Of a stretch of DNA of 64,000 bases, positions 31,401 to 42,100 are shown one piece after another; positions within the stretch are counted from its first letter, which is position 1, and each line of letters begins with the position of its first letter. The position numbers were made by a program, and so were the translations under genes. Source of the DNA: a virus; the IMG/VR virus record IMGVR_UViG_3300025759_000063, positions 1-64,000 of that record, one strand, 5' to 3'. Under the pieces are notes generated by a model, which saw only the letters and a list, made by a program, of their open reading frames with translations, had not been told where the DNA came from and ran no database searches.

Positions 31401-32996
31401 ATTATCCTGATCAGCATTTGAAAATTCAATTACTTCTTTCTCTGAAAAATTTCCGTTTATTTGATATATTGTAATTGTACTAGCAGAAGATACTGAACTT
31501 TTTAAAAAAGCAGTAGCACCAGTAGACTTACCTTTAATGTATATTGGTGTTGTTAAAGTTACTGGTTCAGTAAGATTTAATGTCGAAAAAATTTGAACAT
31601 CAAATAATGATAATCCCCATTTGTTATTCTTCAGGTTTCCAGTGTATCCTCCTTCATCTAGATAAAAATCATAAACTCTGGCAGATCCAATTTCAATTCC
31701 AGATTCAGAACCAGAATCTATTCCAACTTTTTGGTCTCTTAAACTTAATACGCTGGAGGTATTAAATTCGATAAGAGGAGTTCCCGTAAGATTGTTGACA
31801 AAAAACGTTGGAGAATATCCAAAATTTACTGATTGTTCCTTTAAAGTTTTTGTTGTTCTCGGTTTTTGTGCATCCAAAAATGTGGGACCTTCTAATGAAA
31901 CTTCATATCCTTTTACATATGCCTTTCCTGCACTTATTTTATAAGTTGCTAAGGATTCACTTGGAACCGAACCACCGTAAGTTATTTGACCATCTTCAAA
32001 TATTCCACCATTTCCATTTCCATCATCCAAACTGTCTTTACAAAATGTATTAAATGCTTTGACATAATAATGTCCCGATTCATCAAAAGTTCTTCTTGCC
32101 AGTTCGTCAGCTAAAATATTATAATCGGTTCCAGTATTTACTTCTCTTAAAACCCCATTTTGTACAGTAGCTAACTGAACAAAATTCGTATCATCAAAAT
32201 CGTCAAGAGACTTTTTAAATAATTTTGTTTCTATTTTTAATCTGTCTGCACCGGGAGCAGAAAAATTGCTAAATCCTTGAGAGTTATCATTTAAAGAGGA
32301 ATCATCGTCCGAATTAACCAATTGCTCATCGACAAATAAACCAACTCTATAACTTGGTTTATTATCATATTGATCTAGAATTAAAATTTCATCCTTTACC
32401 TGTACAAAATTTCCTCTTAAAAAATAAATTCCATTAGATAAGCAAAATGCAGAACCTGTTGAGGTGGAATTGTTCAAAATTGTGTTTGCAAATCCTTCAT
32501 TTGACGAAATAAAACTATTTCCAAATGATATAGGAGTTTCTGCCAATAAAACTTCATTATCTAAAAATTCTCTACCTTCTAAATTTTCCGATGAAGATTC
32601 TAAGTAACTTACATATAATGTTATTCTTCCTCTATCAGATTCTTCCGCTTTCAATACCTTTTCTACCTTGGCTTTTATTCCAGAAGTTCTTCCTGAAATT
32701 ATTTTTCCCACTAAGTTATTTAAATACAAAGAAACTGGTATTCCAGAAAAATCTGATTCAATTTCTACAGCATAAAAATTACTAAGATAGGTAAGTTGTC
32801 CTGGAACTACCTTAGAACCCTCCTTAAATATATTTGTTCCAAACTGTTCAATTTGATTTTGCAAAATTGATTGCAAATTATTTAATTCTCTAGCTTGAAT
32901 TGGGTATCCTGGTTTAAATAATACCTTATAGTAATCCTTTTCTTTATCAAAGTCGTCAAAATAAGGGGATACGTTGAGGTTAGTTTCTTGTGGCAT
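25425..32996 (-). CDS. Large virion structural protein (VrlC/DUF4815-like)
   Basis: MPQETNLNVSPYFDDF, ARRTFDESG, RFKSGFYVDNF, DPLAQSF motifs; follows gp8. Confidence 0.85.
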   Translation of the reverse strand: MPQETNLNVSPYFDDFDKEKDYYKVLFKPGYPIQARELNNLQSILQNQIEQFGTNIFKEGSKVVPGQLTYLSNFYAVEIESDFSGIPVSLYLNNLVGKIISGRTSGIKAKVEKVLKAEESDRGRITLYVSYLESSSENLEGREFLDNEVLLAETPISFGNSFISSNEGFANTILNNSTSTGSAFCLSNGIYFLRGNFVQVKDEILILDQYDNKPSYRVGLFVDEQLVNSDDDSSLNDNSQGFSNFSAPGADRLKIETKLFKKSLDDFDDTNFVQLATVQNGVLREVNTGTDYNILADELARRTFDESGHYYVKAFNTFCKDSLDDGNGNGGIFEDGQITYGGSVPSESLATYKISAGKAYVKGYEVSLEGPTFLDAQKPRTTKTLKEQSVNFGYSPTFFVNNLTGTPLIEFNTSSVLSLRDQKVGIDSGSESGIEIGSARVYDFYLDEGGYTGNLKNNKWGLSLFDVQIFSTLNLTEPVTLTTPIYIKGKSTGATAFLKSSVSSASTITIYQINGNFSEKEVIEFSNADQDNNVRFIETIRNYETSDVKSVFSTAAAGAGVTFSADVVQNANLRFGQAQITEGLSGISTVTVEGFDITKQLNVGNIIRCTQPGISTFSFSRVTSINEDENRFTIESVEDVGNVVYGKLPTTTINVNNLVRCGSNISPIAESGNSASNRTLYSTLAKKNVESVNLDNSQLTLRKQFTGITITDGSTNNIDAGDNEIFLPFDEERYTLTRSDGSLERLSSDKIEFVSGSGNKRIRLNNLGSNDTNCILTASLRKSKIKSKVKKKKIVESIIINKSSNPASGTGEESLNDGLTFGNYPFGTRVDDDEICLNYPDVRTLYGIFESESTSDPEVPSLVLNSLNGQTSTTNDLIIGEVITGKTSGTKALYVERKNDTEVGFIYQKDTEFIEGELVSFSKSNVIGSISSIKVGSKNIIDNYKLNSGQKLTYYDYSRIIRNEDAPKPTRKLKVLFSRFYYDLSDVADVTTANSYNTFNYKDDIETIEGNRLTDIIDYRPRVSNYNVTLNGKSPFEFEGRNFNNSRHSSSSVISPEEPLILDYSYYLPRIDRIYLTKDKSFVVKFGNPADNPVLPQEVAGAMNIANIYLPAYLYNTSDARIEFISHKRYQMKDIFGLEKRIKNLEYYTSLSLLETATQNLFIDDGTGTGLNRFKSGFYVDNFSTLLGQDLSNGVKNSIDTRKGELRPSHYTTNINLEIANNTIPGVGSTTQENGDKRFSNIVGSSLKRVGDTLLLDYDSVSWLKQPFATRTENVTPFFVKLWEGSIQINPSVDVWVDTKRIEAKNIDFEGSFLGVAEALRAEITTTEDGERLGVSPVIWNSWETTGVEFDRRFETSSSTSTGSSNGGWRPATLAEFNELRGTNRTGTVPRNFRVAEVTSWSSTTTTTNTFSDTNLDQRRSGVQYIVNESIDTESLGDRIVKRDVVNYLRSRNLEFTARRLKPYTRVYPFFEGSAISKFCFSKLVEIQMTRGTFIPGETVTIIPPTTVLNRKSIKKGNFRVRVANSNHKYGPYDNPTDTFDRNPYNRNETIPENYSSTSTILNIDTESLADNSTPKFYGNIVSGSLIFGGTSRAFARVTNVRLVTDRVGTLIASFFIPNDVEDQKFETGRSRLRLTSSSTNSRIPGVITTVAEETFYSEGQVDTYQETTLSLRNARVDVNDTLEQERSTTVSSELIDSRTSTSSSSSTRLTGRYIDPLAQSFIVDDETGVYLSKLDLYFRTKDDSLPVTVQIREVNLGIPSQKILAFSEVELSPNKINLSEDASVATTFEFESPVYLEGQREYAIVVLSNSNEYNVWISRLGEPDVSTLNSERNQILVTTQKLLGSLFKSQNASSWTPSQYEDLKFELYRSEFKSSGFTELFNSDLDDAKNVMTNNPLTIYSNSARISLSSTITNTEVAIGQTVIQEIAGLATATGYLVGYGGSAFSNLSIINAGTGYTGPGTFNGVSLRSLTGTGFNATADITILNNVAIAATIANGGIGYVIGDVLEPVSIGSGLGSGIKLSVSNIVGNNELVVDRIHGEFSPNKDIKFINSSGIVTDFTDIGTSLSTINISTINDGEHVKVFHRNHGMHSSTNIVEISGIESDISKQKLEAVYPTESGVESELFVSNTSIFEVFENNPVSVTNKGYIKINEEILSYTGTTSNTLTGVEREIDNTRGYNYSVNTLVEKYEVGGVSLRRINKQHNLSNVTIPNPIGVDTYNIKIDMSSNGVDRSVNTGLGKLKFNNTKNVGGAGAEASYNVQYEMIIPNITQVTPTGTNINLKIRTISGKSLGGNEISFIDNGFEDLTNSKMQYFDSPRLIASKVNESNFLTDFPGNKSTNISVNFFTNDSRISPAIDLSNTSLTLVSNRINNPITDYANDSRVNTIKEDPHLFSYITTPIRLENPASSIKVLFDAYIRQGSDVRVLYSINGSDRFTLFPGDLNIATNGSIINPLNSNGKPDKKQVKVDRNLGNPRSYEFKEYVFTVNLNTSFEDFRIKLVGSSENQAFVPIIRNFRALALA

Positions 32997-33005
32997 GATT
33001 TTTAA

Positions 33006-34550
33006 TTAGAATTGAAAAATAACTTTGATATCTTCTTTTTGGTTTATTGATCTAGTAATAGATGGTCTATTATCGATGTAGATCATGTCTCCAGAGTATT
33101 TTTTAACTTCAGGATTCGAAACCCCGTTTTCAAACAATTGTCCAAGATTATATGTCTTACTATCTATAGAAGTAGTCAACCCACTAAATTCTATTTGAAT
33201 TGGTAAACTACTAATAGTTCCATCAATATTTCCGCCTGAGGAGGAGAATCTATACTGTTCATATCCATATGATGGTTCTGTGGAAGACAAATCGCTAGTG
33301 CCTGTAGTAAATCCAACCAAACTTCTATCTTGCCAATATTTTAATACACCAGTTCTATTGTCATAAGAAACAACTCTACCAACAGCAGTTTTCCCAACTC
33401 CAATTTGTTGAGTTATGATACTGTTAAATGGATAATTTGCATTTGAAATATTTCCTTGAAGTTTTAGTGCATATGTATTGCTCACCTTTTCTTCACTCAA
33501 TAATGAAGAAGTGCCAAATTGTAAAGGATTTTTTACAATTCCAACTCTAGCAATTTTATTTCCAACAACAAAATCTGGATTTAAATTATCATTCTCAATT
33601 CTGGAATAAATTAGTACGTTTTTTGCTCCAAGATCGCGGTAAATATCAAAACCATGTCCCTCTAAAGGTGGAACTATTACATCAAATGTTGGTAAAATAT
33701 CTCCACTTATACTAGCAGATTCTAAATCAATCTTTGCGAAAGTATATCCACTTCCACCTGATGTAATGTCAATACTATCTACTGTAGCATCATTACCCAC
33801 AACTATTGTTGCAGTTGCTCCAAAACCATCTCCTATAATTTTTACATTTTCATAAGTTTTTGGTGCAACTCCTAAATTAGTTCCTCTATTTTTTATTAGA
33901 GCAACTTTTAATTGACCACTCACATCCGGATTTGCATTTTCTCTTACTGCAGCATTTTCGATGCTTGTCGCCCAGTTTTGGGGAGTAAAAATATAATCGA
34001 TAGAATCAAATTTTACAATATCTGATGGTTTTAATGTGTAAAGATACTTCCAAATATAACCATCACCACTTACACCAGCTGCTTTTGGTTCTAAATCTGT
34101 AAATGTTGGTTCATCCAAAGATGGGTTTCCGTTGAGATTATCTGGGTCTGTTCCATTGGAAAGACAAATGTAAACTCTAAAGTCACTATTCACAACATAA
34201 AAGTTTGATTCATATAAACTTGTCCTTTCTGAAGGAATTGATAATTTATTTCTACTCACATCCTGCCTATACATATCATAAGTATTTCCACTTGTCCAAG
34301 TATTCTTTTTTACAACTTTTCGCACATCTTGAGAATTTAATCTTTTTAAAGCGACAACCGTGTCCCAAATATCATTGTAATTGTCAAAAGAATCTATCGG
34401 AGATCTTGGTGATGTTTCCCAATCGGAATCATAATCTGTTGAGTTTGTCAACCCAACAAAGGCATAGTAACAATTTGCTGTAGAAGCAACCGATGTTATG
34501 AAGTTATCAGCATTCAGAATTCTAAATTGATCTGTTATAATCGCAGACAT
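33006..34550 (-). CDS. gp8: Baseplate wedge subunit
   Basis: MSAIITDQFRILNA, YRVYIC-like FRVYICLSN, DGYIWKYLY, YIDNR...QKEDIK. Confidence 0.9.
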   Translation of the reverse strand: MSAIITDQFRILNADNFITSVASTANCYYAFVGLTNSTDYDSDWETSPRSPIDSFDNYNDIWDTVVALKRLNSQDVRKVVKKNTWTSGNTYDMYRQDVSRNKLSIPSERTSLYESNFYVVNSDFRVYICLSNGTDPDNLNGNPSLDEPTFTDLEPKAAGVSGDGYIWKYLYTLKPSDIVKFDSIDYIFTPQNWATSIENAAVRENANPDVSGQLKVALIKNRGTNLGVAPKTYENVKIIGDGFGATATIVVGNDATVDSIDITSGGSGYTFAKIDLESASISGDILPTFDVIVPPLEGHGFDIYRDLGAKNVLIYSRIENDNLNPDFVVGNKIARVGIVKNPLQFGTSSLLSEEKVSNTYALKLQGNISNANYPFNSIITQQIGVGKTAVGRVVSYDNRTGVLKYWQDRSLVGFTTGTSDLSSTEPSYGYEQYRFSSSGGNIDGTISSLPIQIEFSGLTTSIDSKTYNLGQLFENGVSNPEVKKYSGDMIYIDNRPSITRSINQKEDIKVIFQF

Positions 34551-34598
34551 TGATTTATTACTTTTTTCTATATTTATTTAATATAAATGTAAATAAAA

Positions 34599-37500
34599 TC
34601 AAATATTATCATAATTAGCGAATCTGAGTCTATTTACTCTTCTTATTGTTGGTGTTGTATTCAATCCAACAACTCCATATTCTGGAGATACAGAATATTC
34701 ATTATCTATTGTAGGTATTTCAATCAATCCCCAACTAAAATCTCCAAAATACGTTCCATATCCAATTGAAGAATCTATTTGATTATAATCGGAAACACTA
34801 ACAGTAACTTTGATTACATCTTCAGTTCCTCCCCCATAGACCTCTGTTGTAGCTGCAGACACAGAAATTGCTTGATATATGTTATCAATATTTTCTGTTC
34901 CGATTCCAATAATACTTCCATCACTTCTCAAACTCGTCAATCCACTACCAACTTTTGAGTTTGATAATTTGAAATAATAGTTTTCTGATATATTACTTGT
35001 ATTAGTTGTTGGGTTATTTACATTAATATTTCTTAAATATGAATCATTTGGTATAAAGAAATCAAACACTAATCCTGTAGAAGCCAATCCGACACTTGTT
35101 GTTGCTATTCCCGTTATGATTCCAAAATCGCCCAAGTACGAAACATTTTTAATTTCATTGACTTTTGCACTTCTTTCTTCTATCAAAACTAGTGGTGGAT
35201 TTGTTTGAGTGTATCCAAAACCCGGAGAAATTACATCAATTGATGATATTGATCCTCCAACCAGATTTGTTTTTAAAGTAGCAACACCACTTTTTCCTAT
35301 TCCTATTGGATATTGTATAGAAGCAGATATTTCTGGTTTTAATAAACTTGTAGTATATCCAACTCCACCGTTGGATATGACTATAGATTGTATAGTCCCT
35401 GCTGCAGAAACTATTGCAGTGGCTGCTGCAGAAACTAATTCGCTATTATCAATGATTTGAATTGTTTTTAAAATTTCTGGAGATGTTGGACTTATATTTT
35501 CCTGCTGTGGGTCAAAAATAGTTTTAACTGAATCTACAAATATTTGTGTAGAACCTATTCCTACAGATTGGATTAATTTTGCTGTTGGATTTACATATGA
35601 TTCATATCTAACCCTACTCTTGTTAACTTCTTTTTTATCTATTATCAAATCATTTCTTTGCCTATACCAATTTAATGGTCGGAATAAATTAGAATCTTCA
35701 GTGATTCCTTTTCCAGAATATGGATTTGTTTCTAAAACATCCGGTAATAATATGTCAGTTACCAATCTCTTCTGCTCAATAAGATTAAATTTATCTCCAA
35801 CCAATTCAACCTTATCACCCGTTTTTATCGTTTCCAACAAATCAACATCAATAACATCTATATTTGGAGTTCCTTTATAAAATATTATTCTTCCTTTATC
35901 GCCATTTTTTGGTGCTTCAGTGAAAGTAATTGTACTTCCTCCATTAAATTTGTAAGCGACATCGGGTTCCTGAAGGACATCATTAATAAAAACTAATAAT
36001 ACTGTATTTAATTCAATATTTCCACCTTTTTCTTTAATTATTGCAAATCTGTTTCCCCCTCTAGAAATTGGGAAAGTAGTTTTATTACCATCAAATAATT
36101 CGTCTAACTCATCGAGAGTTTCTAGTTCTCCTAATGACCATCCACTAAAATCGTCGGAAAAAACTCTTTCCACTACCAACTTAAATTCTCTATATGGTAA
36201 TGCTGTATTGGTTGGTATTCCTGTAGTTCCTCCTACATCTAAGGTTAAAACATCTCCAATATTATAAGAATAACCAAAGTTTTTTATGGTAAAATCTATT
36301 ACACTAGAACCCTGACCAACAACAATATCAATAGATGCTTCTGTACCAATTCCAGAATTGACTTTTAATCTTAAATCTGAGTATGAAAATGGAGAATCAA
36401 AAATTACCTCTGGTGGATTTGTTGATGTATATCCAGATCCTGGATTTGTTATATTGACGCCAACAACATTACCATCTGATATTGAAGCAACACCAACAAA
36501 CTCTGTATTTAACTTCCCATTACTATAAGATTGAACTTTGACATTGACCGATGTTTGAATTCCGCTTCTGTATCCAGAACCACTATTTCCAATACTTATA
36601 GATTGAATTGTACCCGCAATAGAAACTACTGCGGTTCCTCCAGCAGAAACCAATGGTTGATATCCAAATCCATTACTAGATGCTGTAGCAACTATTATAC
36701 CCCTTCTAGGTATTGATGCATTATTGACATCATATTTGATTGAAGTTCCAGTTCCAGTGAAGTTTAATTGAGTTTGGGATAAATTTTCTGTTAAATTAAA
36801 ATTATCTGTTGGTATTTGAATAATATTGTTTATTAATACTATAGAATTTAATTCTGAAAATCCTACAATATCTTGCTTGTCAGATTTTACGGTAAATGAT
36901 TTTGTAGATGCGTCAAATTGATCGCTTATATCATCAAATACATAATTTCTATTATATGCACTTTCTCCAGAACTAACATCTGCTGATCTTAAAAATACTC
37001 TTCCCTGAAAAGATGATCTAACATTAATGTCACCATTGACACCATCAACTATTGGACCATAAGGAGCTTCATCAAAATAAAGGATATTTTTTTTAATTTT
37101 ATAATTGCCTTTTAGTTTAGTTATTAAAGTATTTTGAGAGTGTTCTTTTAATGATGAACCCAAAATTGGTCTTGAAACTTCCACAGAATTGCCGACACCA
37201 ACTGCAATAATTTTCATTATTTCATCTTCTATTTCAATCAAATCTCCACTAAAAAATGATGTTATTCCGGTAAAAGATAAAATATTTGAAGATAGATTTA
37301 AATTTGATGCTAAAGATGAAGTTACTGATGTTGCAACTATAGGTGCTTGAGCAATATTATCAATTAATATTAAGGATTTGGAATTTTGATTTGTTGAAGT
37401 GATAAAATGATTTATTCCCACACCAAGTCCAGTAAACTGAATTAATTTTGGTGGATTTAACAGTGCATCCGCTGGGGAAGTTGTAAATCCAATAAATCTA

Positions 37501-39116
37501 TCATCTTGTTTATATACATATAAGTTTCCACTAAGTTTATCAGTTACCCCAACTCCAGAAATAAATGTATTTTCTATAGGAATGGCACTAATAGTTGATA
37601 CCTCTTCGGTATCAAATAATCTGGAAAATGTAATTGCTACTCCAGAAAGAATTTGTTGTGTTATTGTACTGGAAATAGAAACTGAACTTACTCCAACTTG
37701 ACTTAGAGATATATACTTTCCACCATTAAAAATATAATCTCCAACTTGCAGACCTGTAGTATTATCTACTTCAACATTAGTGTCTCCCAAGTCTACTTGT
37801 GCTGTTGTATTTGCTGTAAGAATATCTACGTATTGTAATGGATCTGGTTCATATTCAACTCTTTCTCCAGAAACAAAATAATGACCTGGTAAGTAAATTA
37901 AATTCCTTTCGAGATCAACACTCGCGGGATTTGTTGCTGAAGATTGCAGTTCTGCATTAAATCTTCTCTGAAAAATTGGAATTTTTTTGGAAGTTAAATT
38001 AAATTCTTTTGCAAAATCTTTTCCGCTAATTAATTGAGTAACGCCTGAAATTACTGCTCCAACATTTAAATCAATTAGAGAATCAATATCTCCTAAATTT
38101 AAATTCGTTATCGAATGCTGTAAAAGAGTTATTTCAACATCAATATCTGGATTTGGTGTAAAAATGAGTTCCGTTATCGCTGCACTATTTGAGGTAAAAG
38201 TTCCTAATATATTGTTAGTTGCAACAACTCCATATTCAATTATTCTAGAATCAGCATCATTATTTAATACTACAATTTCTGAAAGTTGAACACTATTATT
38301 TGTTGTGTCGGTTATTTGCACTACAAAATAACCAAAATTATAGTCTGAGGTATAATCTGCAATTACACTAGCAGATGGATCTATTGATGATGCTATTGAA
38401 ACATTCACAGACTCTAATAGTCCGCCAGATAAAAGTTTTTGAGTTACTATTGTTTTCGTGGTATTTGCTACAGAAACTGAAATAGAACTACAGTTAAAGT
38501 CTGTATTTAATCTCGGATAAAATAATACATCAATATCCGTCCCATTAAAAACTAAACCATAAGTTCCTATTCCAGAAGTTTCTATTGAAGAATTATTGGA
38601 TATTGTAATTCTTCCAAAATTAGAACTACTAATATTTGAACCATCATGAGCAAAGTTTATTTCATTATGTTCATAGTTTAAATCATCTAAAGATGATAAC
38701 GAAAATGATAACTTTCCTGAAGTGTATTCGGTAGAATCTATTTTAACAATAGTAGTTGTTCCTATTCCAGCAGAAATTTGTGTATATGCAGTATCAAGTT
38801 TTACAGTATTTCCAAAAAAATATGAATCTGGAATAAATTCATCTTTTTTTGTGTCATATATCAAAAAACTAAAATTATAAAGATTATTCCTACCATCAAT
38901 TGGTGCAAAAGTAACTTGTAGTGATGCTTGATCGTCAAATTCAGATCTTTCTAGATTGAAACTGCCAATCTCGTCTAAAGTAAATAATTTTCCATATTCA
39001 TTTGTAAAAATCTCATTACCATCAGTCACAAAACTAATAATAGAGGATTGTCTTCTATCAGGATTTTCAGTATCCTTTACATTTAAATATACCCTACTTG
39101 ATCTTACTTTTGCCAT
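34599..39116 (-). CDS. Baseplate structural protein, similar to the C-terminal part of cyanophage gp7
   Basis: 1505-aa ORF with GxGY repeats and a C-terminal GDFSWG; starts 1 nt after the upstream gp7-like stop. Confidence 0.7.
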   Translation of the reverse strand: MAKVRSSRVYLNVKDTENPDRRQSSIISFVTDGNEIFTNEYGKLFTLDEIGSFNLERSEFDDQASLQVTFAPIDGRNNLYNFSFLIYDTKKDEFIPDSYFFGNTVKLDTAYTQISAGIGTTTIVKIDSTEYTSGKLSFSLSSLDDLNYEHNEINFAHDGSNISSSNFGRITISNNSSIETSGIGTYGLVFNGTDIDVLFYPRLNTDFNCSSISVSVANTTKTIVTQKLLSGGLLESVNVSIASSIDPSASVIADYTSDYNFGYFVVQITDTTNNSVQLSEIVVLNNDADSRIIEYGVVATNNILGTFTSNSAAITELIFTPNPDIDVEITLLQHSITNLNLGDIDSLIDLNVGAVISGVTQLISGKDFAKEFNLTSKKIPIFQRRFNAELQSSATNPASVDLERNLIYLPGHYFVSGERVEYEPDPLQYVDILTANTTAQVDLGDTNVEVDNTTGLQVGDYIFNGGKYISLSQVGVSSVSISSTITQQILSGVAITFSRLFDTEEVSTISAIPIENTFISGVGVTDKLSGNLYVYKQDDRFIGFTTSPADALLNPPKLIQFTGLGVGINHFITSTNQNSKSLILIDNIAQAPIVATSVTSSLASNLNLSSNILSFTGITSFFSGDLIEIEDEIMKIIAVGVGNSVEVSRPILGSSLKEHSQNTLITKLKGNYKIKKNILYFDEAPYGPIVDGVNGDINVRSSFQGRVFLRSADVSSGESAYNRNYVFDDISDQFDASTKSFTVKSDKQDIVGFSELNSIVLINNIIQIPTDNFNLTENLSQTQLNFTGTGTSIKYDVNNASIPRRGIIVATASSNGFGYQPLVSAGGTAVVSIAGTIQSISIGNSGSGYRSGIQTSVNVKVQSYSNGKLNTEFVGVASISDGNVVGVNITNPGSGYTSTNPPEVIFDSPFSYSDLRLKVNSGIGTEASIDIVVGQGSSVIDFTIKNFGYSYNIGDVLTLDVGGTTGIPTNTALPYREFKLVVERVFSDDFSGWSLGELETLDELDELFDGNKTTFPISRGGNRFAIIKEKGGNIELNTVLLVFINDVLQEPDVAYKFNGGSTITFTEAPKNGDKGRIIFYKGTPNIDVIDVDLLETIKTGDKVELVGDKFNLIEQKRLVTDILLPDVLETNPYSGKGITEDSNLFRPLNWYRQRNDLIIDKKEVNKSRVRYESYVNPTAKLIQSVGIGSTQIFVDSVKTIFDPQQENISPTSPEILKTIQIIDNSELVSAAATAIVSAAGTIQSIVISNGGVGYTTSLLKPEISASIQYPIGIGKSGVATLKTNLVGGSISSIDVISPGFGYTQTNPPLVLIEERSAKVNEIKNVSYLGDFGIITGIATTSVGLASTGLVFDFFIPNDSYLRNINVNNPTTNTSNISENYYFKLSNSKVGSGLTSLRSDGSIIGIGTENIDNIYQAISVSAATTEVYGGGTEDVIKVTVSVSDYNQIDSSIGYGTYFGDFSWGLIEIPTIDNEYSVSPEYGVVGLNTTPTIRRVNRLRFANYDNI

Positions 39117-39117
39117 T

Positions 39118-42100
39118 TTAAATACTAAATGTAGTTACTGTTGTTTTTGATGTCGTTGATGTACTAAATTGTGAACTTATATCATCAATCAGCAATACCC
39201 TATTTCCTATTGATTCTGCATAATCTTGTAAGAATACTGAATTGAATGTTATTTCATCACTTGTTAGATTTTCTTCAATTAAAACCCCATTTTCAGACGC
39301 TAAATCGTAATCATAAACTGCATCAATATTAGTTATATTAGTTAAATCACACGTCGCAATGACCGCACCATTATTCTGATTTGAATCAATTTCTGCAGTA
39401 ACTGTTTTTTCAACAATCAAATCACCAAATCTTTTATATCCCAAAGTATGATTCAAATTACTTACGATACTATTCCACTCTTTAAATTCAATTTCGGATT
39501 TTAATGAATATGAAAAAAGTTGATAATAATCACTATCTTGTATTCTCTGAATATTATCATTAAGAAAACCTATAGTATCTTTCCACCCCTGAACAATAAT
39601 GGATGAAGAATCTATATTGTATCTTGTTTCATATTCTAAAACTTCTTTAATTAAAGCTAAAGAATTTGAAGATCTGCCAAAAATACTCACATTATTTGGA
39701 ATTTTTTCCTTTGTTTTTATAGTCAAGTACTCATTTACTGAATCATATTTCTGCACCTCACCAACAATTCCTTCAGAAATTGTAGTTTCTCCAACCAAAA
39801 ATTCATTCTTTTTTAAATTGATTTTAAATTTTGGAAAATCATCTTCAGATATTATTCTTCCAATAGAATTTTCTAAATCAAAATCTCCAGGAATTTCGGA
39901 AGAATCCAAGTAATCTTCAAGTGAATACTTAACAGACGCTCCAGAACCTCCAATTGAAGGAACAACTTCTATCAACTTAAATGTCGAATAATTATAATTT
40001 ATAGAATTAAACCCTTTTGTGATTATCGAGGAGTCAGTATTTTCTTTAATAGAAACTCCCTCAATTAAAACTTTTTGATTGAGAGAAAATGGAAAATCTT
40101 CAATAGAACTAAATTGTGTATCCAATTTTATGGTTACAATTTTTGTTGCATTGTCATATTCAACCTCAAGTATCCCAACACCATTACTATTGTTAATTGG
40201 AATTATTTTTGGTGATACATTATAAATTCCTTTTGTATTTTGTATTACTGTTACTTTTTGATTTTCTAAGTCACAATCAAGAATAATATCTTCAACTTGT
40301 TTATTTGTAAACCCATCAATTAAAACTAAATTAGGATTTGTATTATAATTATTTCCAACTGAAGAAATTTTTATAGATTCTATAGATGTTAATGGTTCAA
40401 CTCTTAATATTGTTGGGAATTTTAAAAGGGGTTTTAATGTTTTGTCAGATGAATAATTTGCACCAATATCTAAAATTCTGGTTTTTTGTATTTTTCCTAT
40501 AGATTTGCTCTGTGGAATTAGAATTGCACCAGTTCCTGCCGCAGAAACTACTCCATTTATTTTTGGAAGCTTGTCATACAATTTTCCTGAAGAATTTATT
40601 TTTATATTGTTTATTGGTCCAGATTCATTGAGAGAAGTTGTATAATATTCACTTGCAGAATTTGTAGAATTAAATGTTTTATCAACGTAAAAATCTCCAG
40701 TAAAACTAAATGAATTTGTTTGAATTCCAGTTATTATATGTTTTCCATTCAAACCTGAGGAATTTAATTTAATTAAATTGAAATTGTCTACTTCCCTGTC
40801 TGTAAAAAGTTCATTTTTAATTTGGTTAGTGTTACCATCCAATATTTTAAGATTATAGTATAAGTTATTTGGAAAATCTTCATCTAGTGTAAATGATAAA
40901 GTTGCAGGAGATAATCCAATAGAACCATTTTTTGTGATTTTTGATGTCCCCAATGTTGTTATTGGAAAATATTCATCATTAAAAAACTTATTCTTATATA
41001 TTTTAAAGTCAAAAGAAGAAGTTCTTCCTACTCCAAATGGTTGTGATAGTGAGGAATCTGATAAATCAAATATTACCGATTGATTTCTATTTAAATTTAT
41101 TTTTGGATTTATTGGTGAAATTGTACCTGAGAATTGGGATGTTAAATTTATTGGTACAATATCTAAAGATGTTGAGTTATAATAAGTTGCTGAAAGTCTA
41201 ATATGATCTTTATCAAAAACAATAACATAATAAATTTGATTATCTTCCAATCCTCCAATTGTATTTGAAGAATTGTATATTATTTTTTGTCCAGAGTCAA
41301 AATTATGATTGACTATCCTTATGGTATTTTTTGTAGTATCAACATCAGAATTGGAAAAATCTTGAGGATTGATAATTAGTCTTCTGTGATAATCATTATA
41401 TTTTACCGCAATATTTACCGAATCTTTTTCTTTTACATTTAAGAATATTTCATCACCTCCCCTTAATCCAAAAGAAGATGCTGTTGATACTGTTATTTTG
41501 TTAACGGAAAGTGCACCAGTAAGAACGTTATCATAATTTGTGGTAAAACTGTGATAATCTCCAGTTCCTACTCCATTGAAATATAGTAGTGATGTGCTAG
41601 TTTCTATTCCAACAAATTCTCCTTCTGTTCCCAATGCAACTTTATTTGTGGATATTCCAATTAAATCATTTGATAACCTTGCAACATAAACTGTTATACC
41701 ATCATTTAACGTAAATGTATTAAATATATTAGATACTGATATTCCAATTCCACTATTTGCATTGTAAATTAATTTATCTCCTGTTTCTAATTTGTGGTCT
41801 TTTAGGTAAATTGATTTTAATGGAATTTGTATTGAAGTCTGTCCAACTCCGGGGTTGGAAAAAATTACAGTGGATCCTATTCCTACTGTCCCTATACCTA
41901 AAGATTCTATGGGGTTAAAATATAATTCTCTATTAATTTTGTAATTAAAAGAATCTAGTTTTTTATCAAGATTGATAAAAAACTTTCTTTGATTTTCATT
42001 CAGAACAGAATAAGCCTGGTGTGCGGAAGAAGTTGTAGAATTTTGTTCTCTAAGGACTTTAATTCTAGAAGACTCTTTATCAATAGATAAAACTTTAACG